NCBI GenBank assembly: GCA_964493985.1 | Contig: CAZBQL010000001.1 | Coordinates: forward strand, 3,849-67,848 | Direction: 5' to 3' | DNA: 64,000 nt | DNA from: an uncultured Dehalococcoidales bacterium | GTDB taxonomy: Bacteria > Chloroflexota > Dehalococcoidia > Dehalococcoidales > UBA2162 | In this document: in pieces, positions 28,553 to 37,709 of the stretch | Position numbering within the stretch: the first letter of the stretch is position 1 | How the letters are laid out: each line of letters begins with the position of its first letter | Made by a program: the position numbers and the translations under genes | Notes under the pieces: model-generated | Told to the model about the DNA's origin: nothing | What the model saw: only the letters and a program-made list of their open reading frames with translations | The model's database searches: none

Positions 28553-29012
28553 GGCAGATGCTGCGGATTCGGCATGGAATTTTTTCAGATTGACCTTCGA
28601 GCCATCATCTTCTGATTTAGACGGCTCTCCTTGATCCTTTTTATTAGGTGTAATATCAGACGTAGACGTATCGGTACTCCTGCCCTCTTCAGGGAGAAAC
28701 GATATTAATTATAACAAACACAATCTTGCTGCACCTAAACCGGTCTGAAGAGATGGCAGCATATCCTCGGCTAAAATGAGTCACCTAATATACAATATCC
28801 TTCATTTTACTCACTATCTCAATACCAATATCATTCAAACCGACTGCTTTGTTATTATTGGGAATATATTCATGTTATAAATAAACAACATAGATATACA
28901 GGATGGTAATCCGTTCATGAGAACACTTCGGAAGTAATGGGTTTTTAACTTTCTAACTTGACCTTTATTTAAAAACTGTTAGCAAAGTACTGAAGGTTTA
29001 TTATTTACATAT

Positions 29013-29069
29013 TTGACCTCCTGCTCTTAATGAAATAGTATAATCACGCATGCATCCATAACGTGATTA
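29013..29069 (+). promoter_or_regulatory. putative promoter plus inverted repeat upstream of the candidate selenoprotein gene
   Basis: TTGACC (29013-18), 17-nt spacer, TAGTAT (29036-41). Inverted repeat TAATCACG (29041-48), 13-nt spacer, CGTGATTA (29062-69), overlapping the -10 and the transcription start. Confidence 0.35.
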
Positions 29070-29112
29070 CCTGATACGATAATTCATGCGTAAAAATAAC
29101 GAAGGAGGAATA

Positions 29113-30870
29113 ATGGCTACTACCTATAAATGTCTTAATCCTGTCGGTATACAGGAACCGATTGAAGTGAAGTCGCTGGCACCGCGACTCGATACCATCG
29201 AAGGTAAGACCATCTATGTCTGCATCAACGCCGGTGGTGACCAGGATATCACCATCCCGCTGTTGAAAAAACTGCCCGCGGACTATCCGAATGTAAACTG
29301 GGTAATAAAGAGGAAATTTGGCTTCAGCGCGGATCTTTCCGAAGAGGAGAAAAAGGACGCCGACGCACTTATTGCCGGGGTTATCTGGTGACATGGCGCG
29401 ATCTGGGAACAGTTGTTCCAGGTAGCGGATGTTGAACAGTCGGGTATCCCCACGGTATCGATGATATACGGCGACCAGACCGAGTGCTTCACGCAGGCAG
29501 GCCTGATGAGTGGTTCGCCCCATTTACGCCGCGTCCACGTATCACGCTCCATGCAGGGTCCGGAAGATGTCGAAAGATTCCTGCCGATGGTGTTTGACGC
29601 CCTTACCAGACCGTTAACCGATGAAGAAGCAAAGGGCTATGTGCACACCATAAACCAGGACAGGATACTTTTCGAAGGAACCCTCGAAGAAGCGGAAGAA
29701 TTTTACGCCCAGACCGAATATTACGACATACTTGGAGCCCCTATAGCTAAATACACTACCGGACTGCCTGTCGTGATTCCCACCGAAGAACGGGTAGCGG
29801 CAATGCTGAAAGGCACCAGCCATAAACCGGATGAACTCATTGTCCATCATAAAGAGCATTCGGCCTTCCTGTTCCAGAACAACACTAACAGGCCGATCGA
29901 AGGGAAAGGTTCTCCTGTTACTTTCAAACCCGTCAAACGCACGGCGACAGTTGAACAGGTCGCGGTTAACGCCGTAATGGCGGGATGTAAACCCGAGTAT
30001 TTCCCGGTTGTCCTGGCAATCGCCGAAGCCGAAGGCGGTGGCAGCTACGACGGGCGTGGCGGTATGGCCATCTGTATCAGCGGACCTATCTCCAGGGAAA
30101 TCAAGATGAATTTCGGGACCGGTATGTTCGGTCCCGGAAATTACGCCAACAGAAGCCTCGCCCATGCTTCCGAGTTAATGTGGCGTAACCTCGGCAACAA
30201 TATCCCGCAGGTAACTAACTGCGGTATCGTAGGAACGCCCCTCTTCAACGTCTTTCCTGAGAACCTGGACGCCCTTCCCCCCGGATGGAAGGGACTGAAT
30301 GAAGAATACGACTATAAAAAAGACGAGAGTATCATCTTCTGCATGCAGATAGGTACCGGTGGAGGGGTTTCGATAGGTCGCACAACCTTCTCTCCCGGCG
30401 GCTACCGTGCCTTCCAGAAGAGTGGCCACGGCGGTATTGCCCGTCGACTTGGTGTAAAAGGCGTTCCCGGTCCTAAGAACTGGATCCCGTATATACTTCC
30501 CGAATTCTGGCCCGGCAGTTCGGGCGGTATCACCTTCTGGATGCTTCCCCAGATGGCACAGCACCTCTATGAAGCCGGTTTCAAGAGTAAAGACGAAGTC
30601 TATGAGTGGATTCAGAAGAACAGCTATATATCGGTAAAGGAATACCGTACTCAATCATGGGCGGATGTAAACACTGCCTCGTGGACAGGTATCGAGCCTA
30701 CCTCCGGCAAACCGTGGAAAGAACTTCCTGAAGACTACATGGTCCCGATGGTTTCCGACCCCTGGCAAAACTGTATCATTGTCTGCGGTGCCGGTGAAGA
30801 AAGTACACACTGGATCGGCGGTCGAAGCCCTGGAATGGAAGCCGTCCACAGCATCGACGCCTGGCGATAA
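29113..30870 (+). CDS. candidate selenoprotein (~585 aa) with in-frame UGA at 29389-29391; function unknown
   Basis: Track ORFs 29086-29391 and 29413-30870 share one frame (offset 327) and are separated only by TGA plus 7 sense codons. A strong GGAGG SD precedes ATG 29113, while the downstream ORF has only a TTG with no SD. A SECIS-like hairpin starts 10 nt after the UGA. Context is ...DALIAGVIW-U-HGAIWEQ... Confidence 0.55.
29401..29423 (+). promoter_or_regulatory. SECIS-like stem-loop downstream of the in-frame UGA
   Basis: AUCU(G)GGAAC-AGUU-GUUCCAGGU: a 9-bp stem with one bulged G and one G-U pair. The apical tetraloop contains GU. The loop begins 19 nt after the UGA. Confidence 0.4.
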
Positions 30871-30891
30871 TATCAACGGACAATAAAGTTA

Positions 30892-30928
30892 AAGAAGCCT
30901 GCCGGATAATCGGCAGGCTTCTTCTCTT
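30892..30928. terminator. bidirectional rho-independent terminator
   Basis: Perfect 13-bp stem AAGAAGCCTGCCG / CGGCAGGCTTCTT with a 6-nt loop, followed by a T-rich run. It lies between convergent genes. Confidence 0.75.
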
Positions 30929-30942
30929 CCCAAACAATGAGA

Positions 30943-31347
30943 TCAAAAACCGAAATCAGGCCTTCCTACCACCAGGAGCAGGATTAGTATTGCCGCGTTG
31001 ATGAGTATTGCGAAAAGTCCCTTATTGGCCAGCTCTTTCATTTTCCCGTCCCACATGAGAATCACGAGAAGCGATGAAAAAGCCGCAGCACCGACGGTGA
31101 TCCACACCCAGGCTGTCTGTTTCGCAAATATGAAAACTCCACCGACGATGAAAACCAGAGCCGCCGCTACACAGGAAACACCGGCTATTACACGGGTCGC
31201 TTTGTTCCCGAACGGCCTGGAAAACACCCAGGAGTTCTCCGGCCAGGTCATCCCCTCACCGAGTTGATACCATTTCATGCTCTGGCCCAGGTACAGAAGG
31301 TGTACCAGACCATGCAGTATAAGAAATACCGCAACCGCTATATTCAT
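30943..31347 (-). CDS. hypothetical membrane protein (4 TM)
   Basis: 134 aa. MNIAVAVFLILHGLVHLLYLGQS... followed by three further hydrophobic helices. Confidence 0.6.
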   Translation of the reverse strand: MNIAVAVFLILHGLVHLLYLGQSMKWYQLGEGMTWPENSWVFSRPFGNKATRVIAGVSCVAAALVFIVGGVFIFAKQTAWVWITVGAAAFSSLLVILMWDGKMKELANKGLFAILINAAILILLLVVGRPDFGF

Positions 31348-31374
31348 TCACTATCTCACTCTCCGAATATGATG

Positions 31375-32289
31375 CTACTGTCTATGCGAGCCCGTGTACG
31401 TTCCGGTAGGACCAGCGGTAAAGACCAGGGTAGGTTTCACAATAGCATGGAATTTCCAGGGACAATGGTTCAGGTTCTTCGGAATACATACCATCGCACT
31501 GCCGTTGATATCATATGTATCTCCGCCGAGAACTATGCTCATTTTCCCGCTTTCCATATCATACGGATTATCCTGGTCACATACTGCCATGGCGATCAGT
31601 TCTTCCCATTCGTGATTGTGGACCTGTGCCGGAGCCTGACCGGTGCCTTTGTATATCCAGACGAAATCGACGTAAAAAGAGCCTTCTGCCACGTTATCCT
31701 CAAGGTGCATGACACGGGCGCCTTCAAGGTCCGAATCAGGCGGTCGCTGGGGTGGAGTACCACCACCCGGACCGAATTCTGCAACCTCAGTGATGACCCG
31801 GCATTTCGGTTCAAGTCCCGCCGCTTCTTCTTCGGTGATTGCTTTGCGCGTATATACGGTCGAAGGAGATATCGTTCCGAAGAATATTGGCCTGTCTATC
31901 CTGTTGAAAATTATAGGACAGTGGGCGGCGCCGGCAGGGACAAATATAAGGCAGGTCTTTGTTATTTTCTGCTCTTTCCCGTCAAGCCAGATGGTTATCT
32001 CGCCGCACAGGTCCTGGGGATTCGCCTGGTCGGAACCGATAAAAGCGATTACCTCCGGAAACTCATGAATGTGCGGTTCTTCCACCTTATCCTCAGATGC
32101 GCCTTTCCAGAGCCAGACGGCATCCGCGTAAAACATGTCCGGTATGACTTCACTGTCTACCTGCATGATATGGGTAGACTCGATAGTGGACTTTCTCTTC
32201 GGTCTTTCGTCCTCCATTTTAGCCCGGATTTCCGGCGGAACGGGCTTCGGTTCGGTGACAATATACTTCGAATACTTCATCTTGGTCAT
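31375..32289 (-). CDS. bicupin protein, member of a local paralogue family
   Basis: Two cupin modules: PHIHEFPEVIAFIG...FVPAGAAHCP and VHNHEWEELIAMAV...CIPKNLNHCP. The N-terminal KYSKYIVT is shared with 47004-47906. AGGGGG SD. Confidence 0.75.
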   Translation of the reverse strand: MTKMKYSKYIVTEPKPVPPEIRAKMEDERPKRKSTIESTHIMQVDSEVIPDMFYADAVWLWKGASEDKVEEPHIHEFPEVIAFIGSDQANPQDLCGEITIWLDGKEQKITKTCLIFVPAGAAHCPIIFNRIDRPIFFGTISPSTVYTRKAITEEEAAGLEPKCRVITEVAEFGPGGGTPPQRPPDSDLEGARVMHLEDNVAEGSFYVDFVWIYKGTGQAPAQVHNHEWEELIAMAVCDQDNPYDMESGKMSIVLGGDTYDINGSAMVCIPKNLNHCPWKFHAIVKPTLVFTAGPTGTYTGSHRQ

Positions 32290-32377
32290 AGTTTCCCCCT
32301 TTTTATCATTTTCACTTGATTTTCCCGATTATAACACACCCGTGATGCAGATATGGAGACCCTGTATTATTTACTCA

Positions 32378-32426
32378 TTGAGATCTAGAGTTATTACACG
32401 TATAATACACGTATAGAGGATCTAGA
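32378..32426 (+). promoter_or_regulatory. mazEF promoter with embedded operator repeats
   Basis: TTGAGA (32378-83), 17-nt spacer, TATAAT (32401-06). ACACGTATA occurs twice 11 bp apart (32396-404, 32407-415). GATCTAGA occurs twice (32382-89, 32419-26). Confidence 0.55.
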
Positions 32427-32427
32427 T

Positions 32428-32658
32428 ATGCAGAAAAAATTAACCATTACAATTAGCGAGGATGTCTATATTGGTCTTCGTGAAAACATAGGACCGCGGA
32501 AAATAAGCAAGTTCATTGAGGAGCTGGTCAGGCCTTATGTTATCCGTCCTGACCTGGAATCGGCTTACGCTGCAATGGCCCGGGATGAGGAGCGAGAAAA
32601 AGAAGTTGCGGAGTGGGCGGAGGTTACTTTTCAGGACTTAACCGATGAAACGGTGTGA
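32428..32658 (+). CDS. ribbon-helix-helix antitoxin (MazE/CopG-like)
   Basis: 76 aa, [15 protein letters not shown]...ISKFIEELV. It overlaps the downstream toxin gene. Confidence 0.75.
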   Translation: MQKKLTITISEDVYIGLRENIGPRKISKFIEELVRPYVIRPDLESAYAAMARDEEREKEVAEWAEVTFQDLTDETV

Positions 32659-32968
32659 AGTATGGTGGGTTAATTCCGATCCTTCCATTGGTGGAGAAAT
32701 CCAGAAGAGCCGACCCGCTGTAATCGTCAGCAATGATGCCTCGAACAAATTTCTCAACAGGGTCCAGGTCGTTCCTCTGACCAGCAACACTGAGCGCCTT
32801 TATCCAAGCGAAGCCCTGGTAACAATCGATGGGAGAAAAAGCAAAGCCATGGCCGATCAGTTAGCGACGGTGAGTAAGTCCAGGCTATCAAGCTGCGCGG
32901 GTGCCATTTCACCGGAAGATATGCACAAGTTGGAAAAAGCCATTAAAATACAGTTAGCTCTCGATTAG
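32645..32968 (+). CDS. mazF: MazF/PemK-family endoribonuclease toxin
   Basis: 107 aa, [28 protein letters not shown]...VQVVPLTSN. Confidence 0.85.
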   Translation: MKRCEVWWVNSDPSIGGEIQKSRPAVIVSNDASNKFLNRVQVVPLTSNTERLYPSEALVTIDGRKSKAMADQLATVSKSRLSSCAGAISPEDMHKLEKAIKIQLALD

Positions 32969-32979
32969 GATACTGCGCG

Positions 32980-33015
32980 AATACCTGCCGTGCCAGTTCA
33001 CGGGTATTTTATTGC
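32980..33015 (+). terminator. probable terminator after mazF
   Basis: AATACC(TGC)CGTG-ccagtt-CACGGGTATT followed by TTATTG. The stem contains a bulge. Confidence 0.4.
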
Positions 33016-33141
33016 GTGGAAAGTGAAATATTGTTAGAATGAATTTCGGGCGCAGGTTAAAATGAAGCTCCGGAGGGAGACACCTGCCACTAAAAAACGA
33101 ATACTCGAAAAAAGTCTTAAATAGTCTCATTTACGTAATTG

Positions 33142-33258
33142 GTTACAAGAGCAAACAATAGTAGGTTAAGAATCGGACACTCGTAATGGGCGCAAAATAG
33201 TTACAAGAGCAAGTCATAGCTTAATAAAAACCGAATACTCGTAATAAGTTTGGAAAAA
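33142..33258 (+). repeat. two degenerate ~58-bp tandem repeats immediately 5' of tRNA-Arg
   Basis: GTTACAAGAGCAA occurs at 33142 and 33200. CGgAcACTCGTAAT and CGAATACTCGTAAT occupy the same register. A third partial copy, ACGAATACTCGAAAAAAG, lies near 33099. Confidence 0.6.
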
Positions 33259-33334
33259 GCCCCTGTAGCTCAGAGGATAGAGCAACGGTTTCCTAAACCG
33301 TGTGTCGTGCGTTCGAGTCGCACCAGGGGTACCA
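33259..33334 (+). tRNA. tRNA-Arg (anticodon CCU)
   Basis: Acceptor GCCCCTG/CAGGGGT, anticodon loop TTCCTAA, T arm GTGCG-TTCGAGT-CGCAC. CCA is encoded. The track ORF 33214-33426 on the opposite strand is spurious. Confidence 0.9.
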
Positions 33335-33347
33335 ACGAAATTTGTGC

Positions 33348-33375
33348 AAACTGGTAACAATGTTACCAGTTTTTG
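33348..33375 (+). terminator. terminator after tRNA-Arg
   Basis: Perfect 11-bp stem AAACTGGTAAC-aat-GTTACCAGTTT followed by TTG. Confidence 0.7.
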
Positions 33376-33656
33376 TCTCAAATTGTCCGCAGAATTTAAT
33401 AGTATTTCTTTCAAATAAGCCTGCAATCAAGTATTACTTTTCCTGATTGCGCAGTTGCGATTCCCGGGCTAACCGACCGGATATGCCTGAGCCTTTCAAG
33501 CGGGTATTCTTAAAATAACTTTTACTTAATTTGTGAAGTAATTTACGGCTGTAAAAAATAGTAACTATATTGAACCGCATCTGCCCGAATAATGAAGGAC
33601 GTTTATTTTAAGGTTTGGCTTCATTTTATTGAAGCGTATCACGGGAATACCTGGAT

Positions 33657-35327
33657 TTATGACTCGCCGAGAGATGAAGCGGAATTGAGAAGCTGCCTGG
33701 TATAACCCTGCCGGGGTGAAGTGACTATTTCGTTTGAAGGTCCTTCTTCGATAATCTTTCCGTTGAGCATAACTGCGATCCTGTCACTGACTTTCCTTGC
33801 GGCGGCAATATCGTGGGTTATATACAGCATGCTCAATCCTCTTTGTTCCTGGAGATTGAGCAACAGCTTGAGGATTTTCGCCCCGACGCTGGCATCGAGG
33901 AAAGCCGTCGGTTCATCAGCGATAAGCAAATCGGGGCCCAGTACCAGCGCCCTGGCGATGGCAACCCTCTGCAGTTCACCGCCACTCAGGTGGTGTGGGT
34001 AGGTATTGATAAACGCTTCGGTTTGTGGCAATTCGACTTCCCCGATTGTCTTGATAGCCTTTTCTTTCCTCTCCTGCTCATTGCCGATTTGCTGAATTAA
34101 CAGAGGTTCCATCACCGATTCCAGGACTGACAGGCGGTGACTCAACGATTCTCCCGGGTTCTGGAATATCATCTGCACCCTTTTATAAAAGTCCTTTTTC
34201 CTGACTGTAATCTCCTTTCCTTCCAGGTATATTGAACCTCCCGATTGGGGATACAGTCCCATAATCGTTTTAGCAAGTGTTGTCTTCCCAGAGCCACTCT
34301 GCCCTACCAGCGCCAGTGTTTCACCGGCGTCTATGTGCAGGTCCACCGAATCGACCGCTTTCAATGAACCGAACGACTTCGACAAGCCTGACATGGAAAG
34401 GAGAGTAATGATACCACCGCGGTGGCAGGCGACTGACCTTTCCTGACTTTGGATAAGCTCCGGCACCCATTCCCGGCAGATATCGATCGCCTGGGTGCAG
34501 CGAGGGTGGAAGGGACAGCCACTCACCGGTCGGGTCATCCTTCCTTTTATGCCCTGCAGGTCTTTCACCGTCGTCATATTTGGATAAGCTCGGATCAAAG
34601 CTCGGGTATAAGGATGTCGCGGCGTACGCAACAATTCGGCAATTGGTCCCGATTCGATAATTCTACCTCCGTAAAGAACAGCGAGTCTTTCCGATAACCT
34701 GGCGGCTGTATCCAGGTCATGAGTTATTACCAGCCTAGTACGCTTATCGGTAACCTGCCTCAGTAAATCACCAAGTTCCCTCCTGGTAGTTACGTCAAGT
34801 GAAGAAAGAGGTTCATCCAGAATCAGCAGGTCGGGATCATTTGCCATTGCCATTGCCAGCAGTACCCGCTGCTGTTCACCACCGCTGAGCTGGTGAGGAT
34901 AAGCGTTAAACCGGTCCTGCCGGATTCCGAACCGTTCTAATAACTCACCAGCCCTGGCACGGGCATTTTTCTTCTTCATAATTCCGTGTTCGATTATCGA
35001 CTCGGATACCTGTTCCAGAATTGGATAGACCGGGTCAAGTATGTTATTCACGTTCTGGAACACCATAGCGATCTGGTTCCACCTTATCTCCCGCATCTCT
35101 TTATCCGAAAGCGTTAACAGGTCTTTACTGTCATTTAAGCTAATACTACCCTGCACATTTCCTTCCGTCAGGCGCATAATACTCAGTCCCAGGGTGGTCT
35201 TTCCGGCGCCGGACTCACCGATGATTGCCAACGATTCTCCATCGGCTAATTCAAGGTTTAGTCCGTTCAGAATCCTGTCATTGCCATAGCTAACCTTCAG
35301 GTCCTCAATCTCAAGCAACTGCTTCAC
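33657..35327 (-). CDS. fused double ATPase of an Opp/Dpp/Nik-type ABC importer
   Basis: 556 aa. Two Walker A motifs (GESGAGKTT, GQSGSGKTT) and two signature motifs (LSGGEQQR, LSGGELQR). Confidence 0.9.
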   Translation of the reverse strand: MKQLLEIEDLKVSYGNDRILNGLNLELADGESLAIIGESGAGKTTLGLSIMRLTEGNVQGSISLNDSKDLLTLSDKEMREIRWNQIAMVFQNVNNILDPVYPILEQVSESIIEHGIMKKKNARARAGELLERFGIRQDRFNAYPHQLSGGEQQRVLLAMAMANDPDLLILDEPLSSLDVTTRRELGDLLRQVTDKRTRLVITHDLDTAARLSERLAVLYGGRIIESGPIAELLRTPRHPYTRALIRAYPNMTTVKDLQGIKGRMTRPVSGCPFHPRCTQAIDICREWVPELIQSQERSVACHRGGIITLLSMSGLSKSFGSLKAVDSVDLHIDAGETLALVGQSGSGKTTLAKTIMGLYPQSGGSIYLEGKEITVRKKDFYKRVQMIFQNPGESLSHRLSVLESVMEPLLIQQIGNEQERKEKAIKTIGEVELPQTEAFINTYPHHLSGGELQRVAIARALVLGPDLLIADEPTAFLDASVGAKILKLLLNLQEQRGLSMLYITHDIAAARKVSDRIAVMLNGKIIEEGPSNEIVTSPRQGYTRQLLNSASSLGES

Positions 35328-36156
35328 CTCTCAGCCTGGGATCGAGAATTGATTCGGCGGCGTGACTGACGAAGGTAAGACCGATTATCGTCAGCGAAAG
35401 CGCTACTCCGGCTGGAACGAGCCACCATTGCCAGACATCCAGATAACTGAATCTCATCGCGTCCCGCATCATCACACCCCAGCTTATAGACATCGGGTCG
35501 GTGATACCGAGGAATGCCAGGCCGGCTTCCAAGAAAACAGCCCTCCTGACACCGTAAATAAACTCCACGAGCAGGATCGGTGTAAGGTCAGGCAGGATGT
35601 GGTGACAGGCAATATAGAACCGGCCGGCACCGAATCCCCTGGCAGCATTCACATGTCCCTGTTCTTTCAGTGACAGCGCCTGCCCCCGAATGACCCTGGC
35701 ACCTCCCTGCCAGCTTAGTGTCGAAAGCATAAGAATGAGTACGGGTAATGATGGTTTAATATAGGCGGCAACGAGTATTACTACTATCACTACGGGAATC
35801 ACAATAAATGCGTCGACGACTCGCATAACAATACGGTCATATATCCCACCGATTATTGCCGAAGATACTCCGAAAAATACACTCAACAACAAACTGATAA
35901 AACCAACACCGAAGCCCACCAGCAGTGACGTACGGGCTCCGTACAGTAACTGGCTCCAGATATCCTGGCCGACATGATTAGTTCCCAGCAAGTGCCCGCT
36001 ATAAGGTGAAAGCAGGGAATCCGCCGATTGCTGACCGGGGTCGTAACTGCTGAATACCGGCGCCATCAGAGCCATCAGGATCACCAGCAGTAATAACAGG
36101 AGTCCGACTTTTCCGGCCCTGCTTTTCTTTATTTCTTTTTTTATACTAATATGCAT
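35311..36156 (-). CDS. ABC permease (DppC/NikC-like)
   Basis: 281 aa, 6 TM helices, BPD transport-type EAA loop. Confidence 0.9.
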   Translation of the reverse strand: MHISIKKEIKKSRAGKVGLLLLLLVILMALMAPVFSSYDPGQQSADSLLSPYSGHLLGTNHVGQDIWSQLLYGARTSLLVGFGVGFISLLLSVFFGVSSAIIGGIYDRIVMRVVDAFIVIPVVIVVILVAAYIKPSLPVLILMLSTLSWQGGARVIRGQALSLKEQGHVNAARGFGAGRFYIACHHILPDLTPILLVEFIYGVRRAVFLEAGLAFLGITDPMSISWGVMMRDAMRFSYLDVWQWWLVPAGVALSLTIIGLTFVSHAAESILDPRLRGEAVA

Positions 36157-37117
36157 ACTTTATCCTCGGATCAAGCTTCGGATAAAGGAAATCTACGACA
36201 AAGTTAGCCACGAGTACAGAGACTGCTACCATTAGAAATATGCCCTGTATGAGCGGATAATCACGGGTAAGCAATGCCTGATAAGTCAGGTAACCTATAC
36301 CAGGGTAGGCAAAGACCAGTTCGATGAATAATGCGCCGGTGACCACTCTGCCAAACCAGATACCGGTCACGGTCAGTACCGGTAGCATCGAATTTCTCCC
36401 GGCGTGCCGGTATTTCAGAGTTTTTTCGGAAAGCCCCTTAGCCCTGGAAGTCAGCATGAAAGGTGCTTTCAGCACCGTAATCATTGTATTTCGAGTGAGT
36501 AGATAACCGCCGGCGAGATGCGCCAGAGTCAGAGCGGCTACCGGCAGCGCTGCATGCTTGATAACATCGATAAAGAGGGAAAAACCGCTGAGGCCGGAAT
36601 ACGGTGTTATCGCCCCGGCAAGGGGCGCCAGTCTCAACGTAACGCCGAATATAATCAGCAGTATCAATCCTATGAAGAAGTCGGGAAATCCGTTCAGACT
36701 CATCAGCCCGGCAAGCATGGCATGGTCGGTCTTCGAACCGCGCCGCCATCCGGACTCTATCCCCAGTACGATACCCAGCAACGTGGATAATATCAGGGAA
36801 GTTCCGACGATCAGAAGTGTCCAGGGCAAGCTCCCCATAATAACGCTTAATACCGGCGCATTATAGTAATATGAATATCCCAGATCACCCCGGAAAAGCG
36901 CTGATATATACGCTCCGAACTGTGACAACAGCGGCTCATTCATAGCGAGACGTTCCATCAGGTGCGCTTTTAACTCCGGAGTCATGGCAATAAGCGCTTC
37001 GTCTCCATATATTGCCGAGAACGGATCGCCGGGCATCAGTCGGGGTAAAAGGAAATTAAGCGTAAGAATAATCAGAAAAGCAACGCCATACGTTACCAGA
37101 TTACGCTTTTCAGTCAT
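36146..37117 (-). CDS. ABC permease (DppB/NikB-like)
   Basis: 323 aa, 6 TM helices. It overlaps the downstream permease gene. Confidence 0.9.
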   Translation of the reverse strand: MTEKRNLVTYGVAFLIILTLNFLLPRLMPGDPFSAIYGDEALIAMTPELKAHLMERLAMNEPLLSQFGAYISALFRGDLGYSYYYNAPVLSVIMGSLPWTLLIVGTSLILSTLLGIVLGIESGWRRGSKTDHAMLAGLMSLNGFPDFFIGLILLIIFGVTLRLAPLAGAITPYSGLSGFSLFIDVIKHAALPVAALTLAHLAGGYLLTRNTMITVLKAPFMLTSRAKGLSEKTLKYRHAGRNSMLPVLTVTGIWFGRVVTGALFIELVFAYPGIGYLTYQALLTRDYPLIQGIFLMVAVSVLVANFVVDFLYPKLDPRIKYAY

Positions 37118-37139
37118 TTAATTGTTACCACACACTCCG

Positions 37140-37697
37140 TTATTCTCCAGTATTATTATCAAACCGGCGATTTACCTGCTTCATCCATTCCGGTACTCTT
37201 ACTTCACCTGCGTCAACACTCTCAGGATAATGAGGTTTTATATCGAGTACGGGACTTCCGTCCAGAGCATCGAGTCCCGTAACTGTAAGCACATTATTGT
37301 GTCTTCCCAGCAGGCGTACCACAGTAGCCAGTATTGTATTGGGGCGAACCGGGCTCCGGGTGGCAAAGACACCGACCAGCGGAAAGTCCCTGTTGCCGAT
37401 AGGGTGTACTCTGGTCACGGAACGTCTTTCCTCAGGAAGGAGATGCGGCCAGTAGAGTATAAGAAGGTGGGAAAAACCTTCTATTCCGTCAAGAGCATCG
37501 GCGAACTCAGGATTAACGGTAATCTCAGAGGCAGAGTCACTCTGGCCTTTCATCCGGGCAGCACGTTCCTGCCAGTTTAATTTCCCAAGTGTCTCACCCC
37601 AACTAGCGTCATTTGACCGGTTCCTGACAATGCCTATCGGCTTTAATTCGATAATTATATTATTGTCATTATTTTCACTTTTCCCGGATTGCTCCAT
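37140..37697 (-). CDS. TrmO/YaeB-like (UPF0066) SAM-binding protein
   Basis: LKPIGIVRNR..., ...SHLLILYWPH..., RSPVRPNTILATVVRLL, GLDALDGSPVLDIKP. This is the family signature of the TrmO N-terminal domain. Confidence 0.8.
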   Translation of the reverse strand: MEQSGKSENNDNNIIIELKPIGIVRNRSNDASWGETLGKLNWQERAARMKGQSDSASEITVNPEFADALDGIEGFSHLLILYWPHLLPEERRSVTRVHPIGNRDFPLVGVFATRSPVRPNTILATVVRLLGRHNNVLTVTGLDALDGSPVLDIKPHYPESVDAGEVRVPEWMKQVNRRFDNNTGE

Positions 37698-37709
37698 GAT
37701 ACATAACTC

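Noticed and set aside
29389-29391. TGA as evidence of an alternative genetic code (UGA read as Trp or Gly).
   Set aside because: TGA terminates well-supported genes in this window (for example dnaX at 3726-3728 and lhr at 26882-26884). Local recoding (Sec) or a pseudogene are the only viable readings.
31264-32319. 351-aa ORF on the plus strand covering the whole bicupin gene.
   Set aside because: It is antisense to a gene with clear cupin motifs, an SD and paralogues. Its own translation is Arg/Phe-rich with no motifs and no SD, so it is a shadow ORF.
33214-33426. 70-aa minus-strand ORF.
   Set aside because: It runs straight through tRNA-Arg(CCU) and its terminator hairpin.
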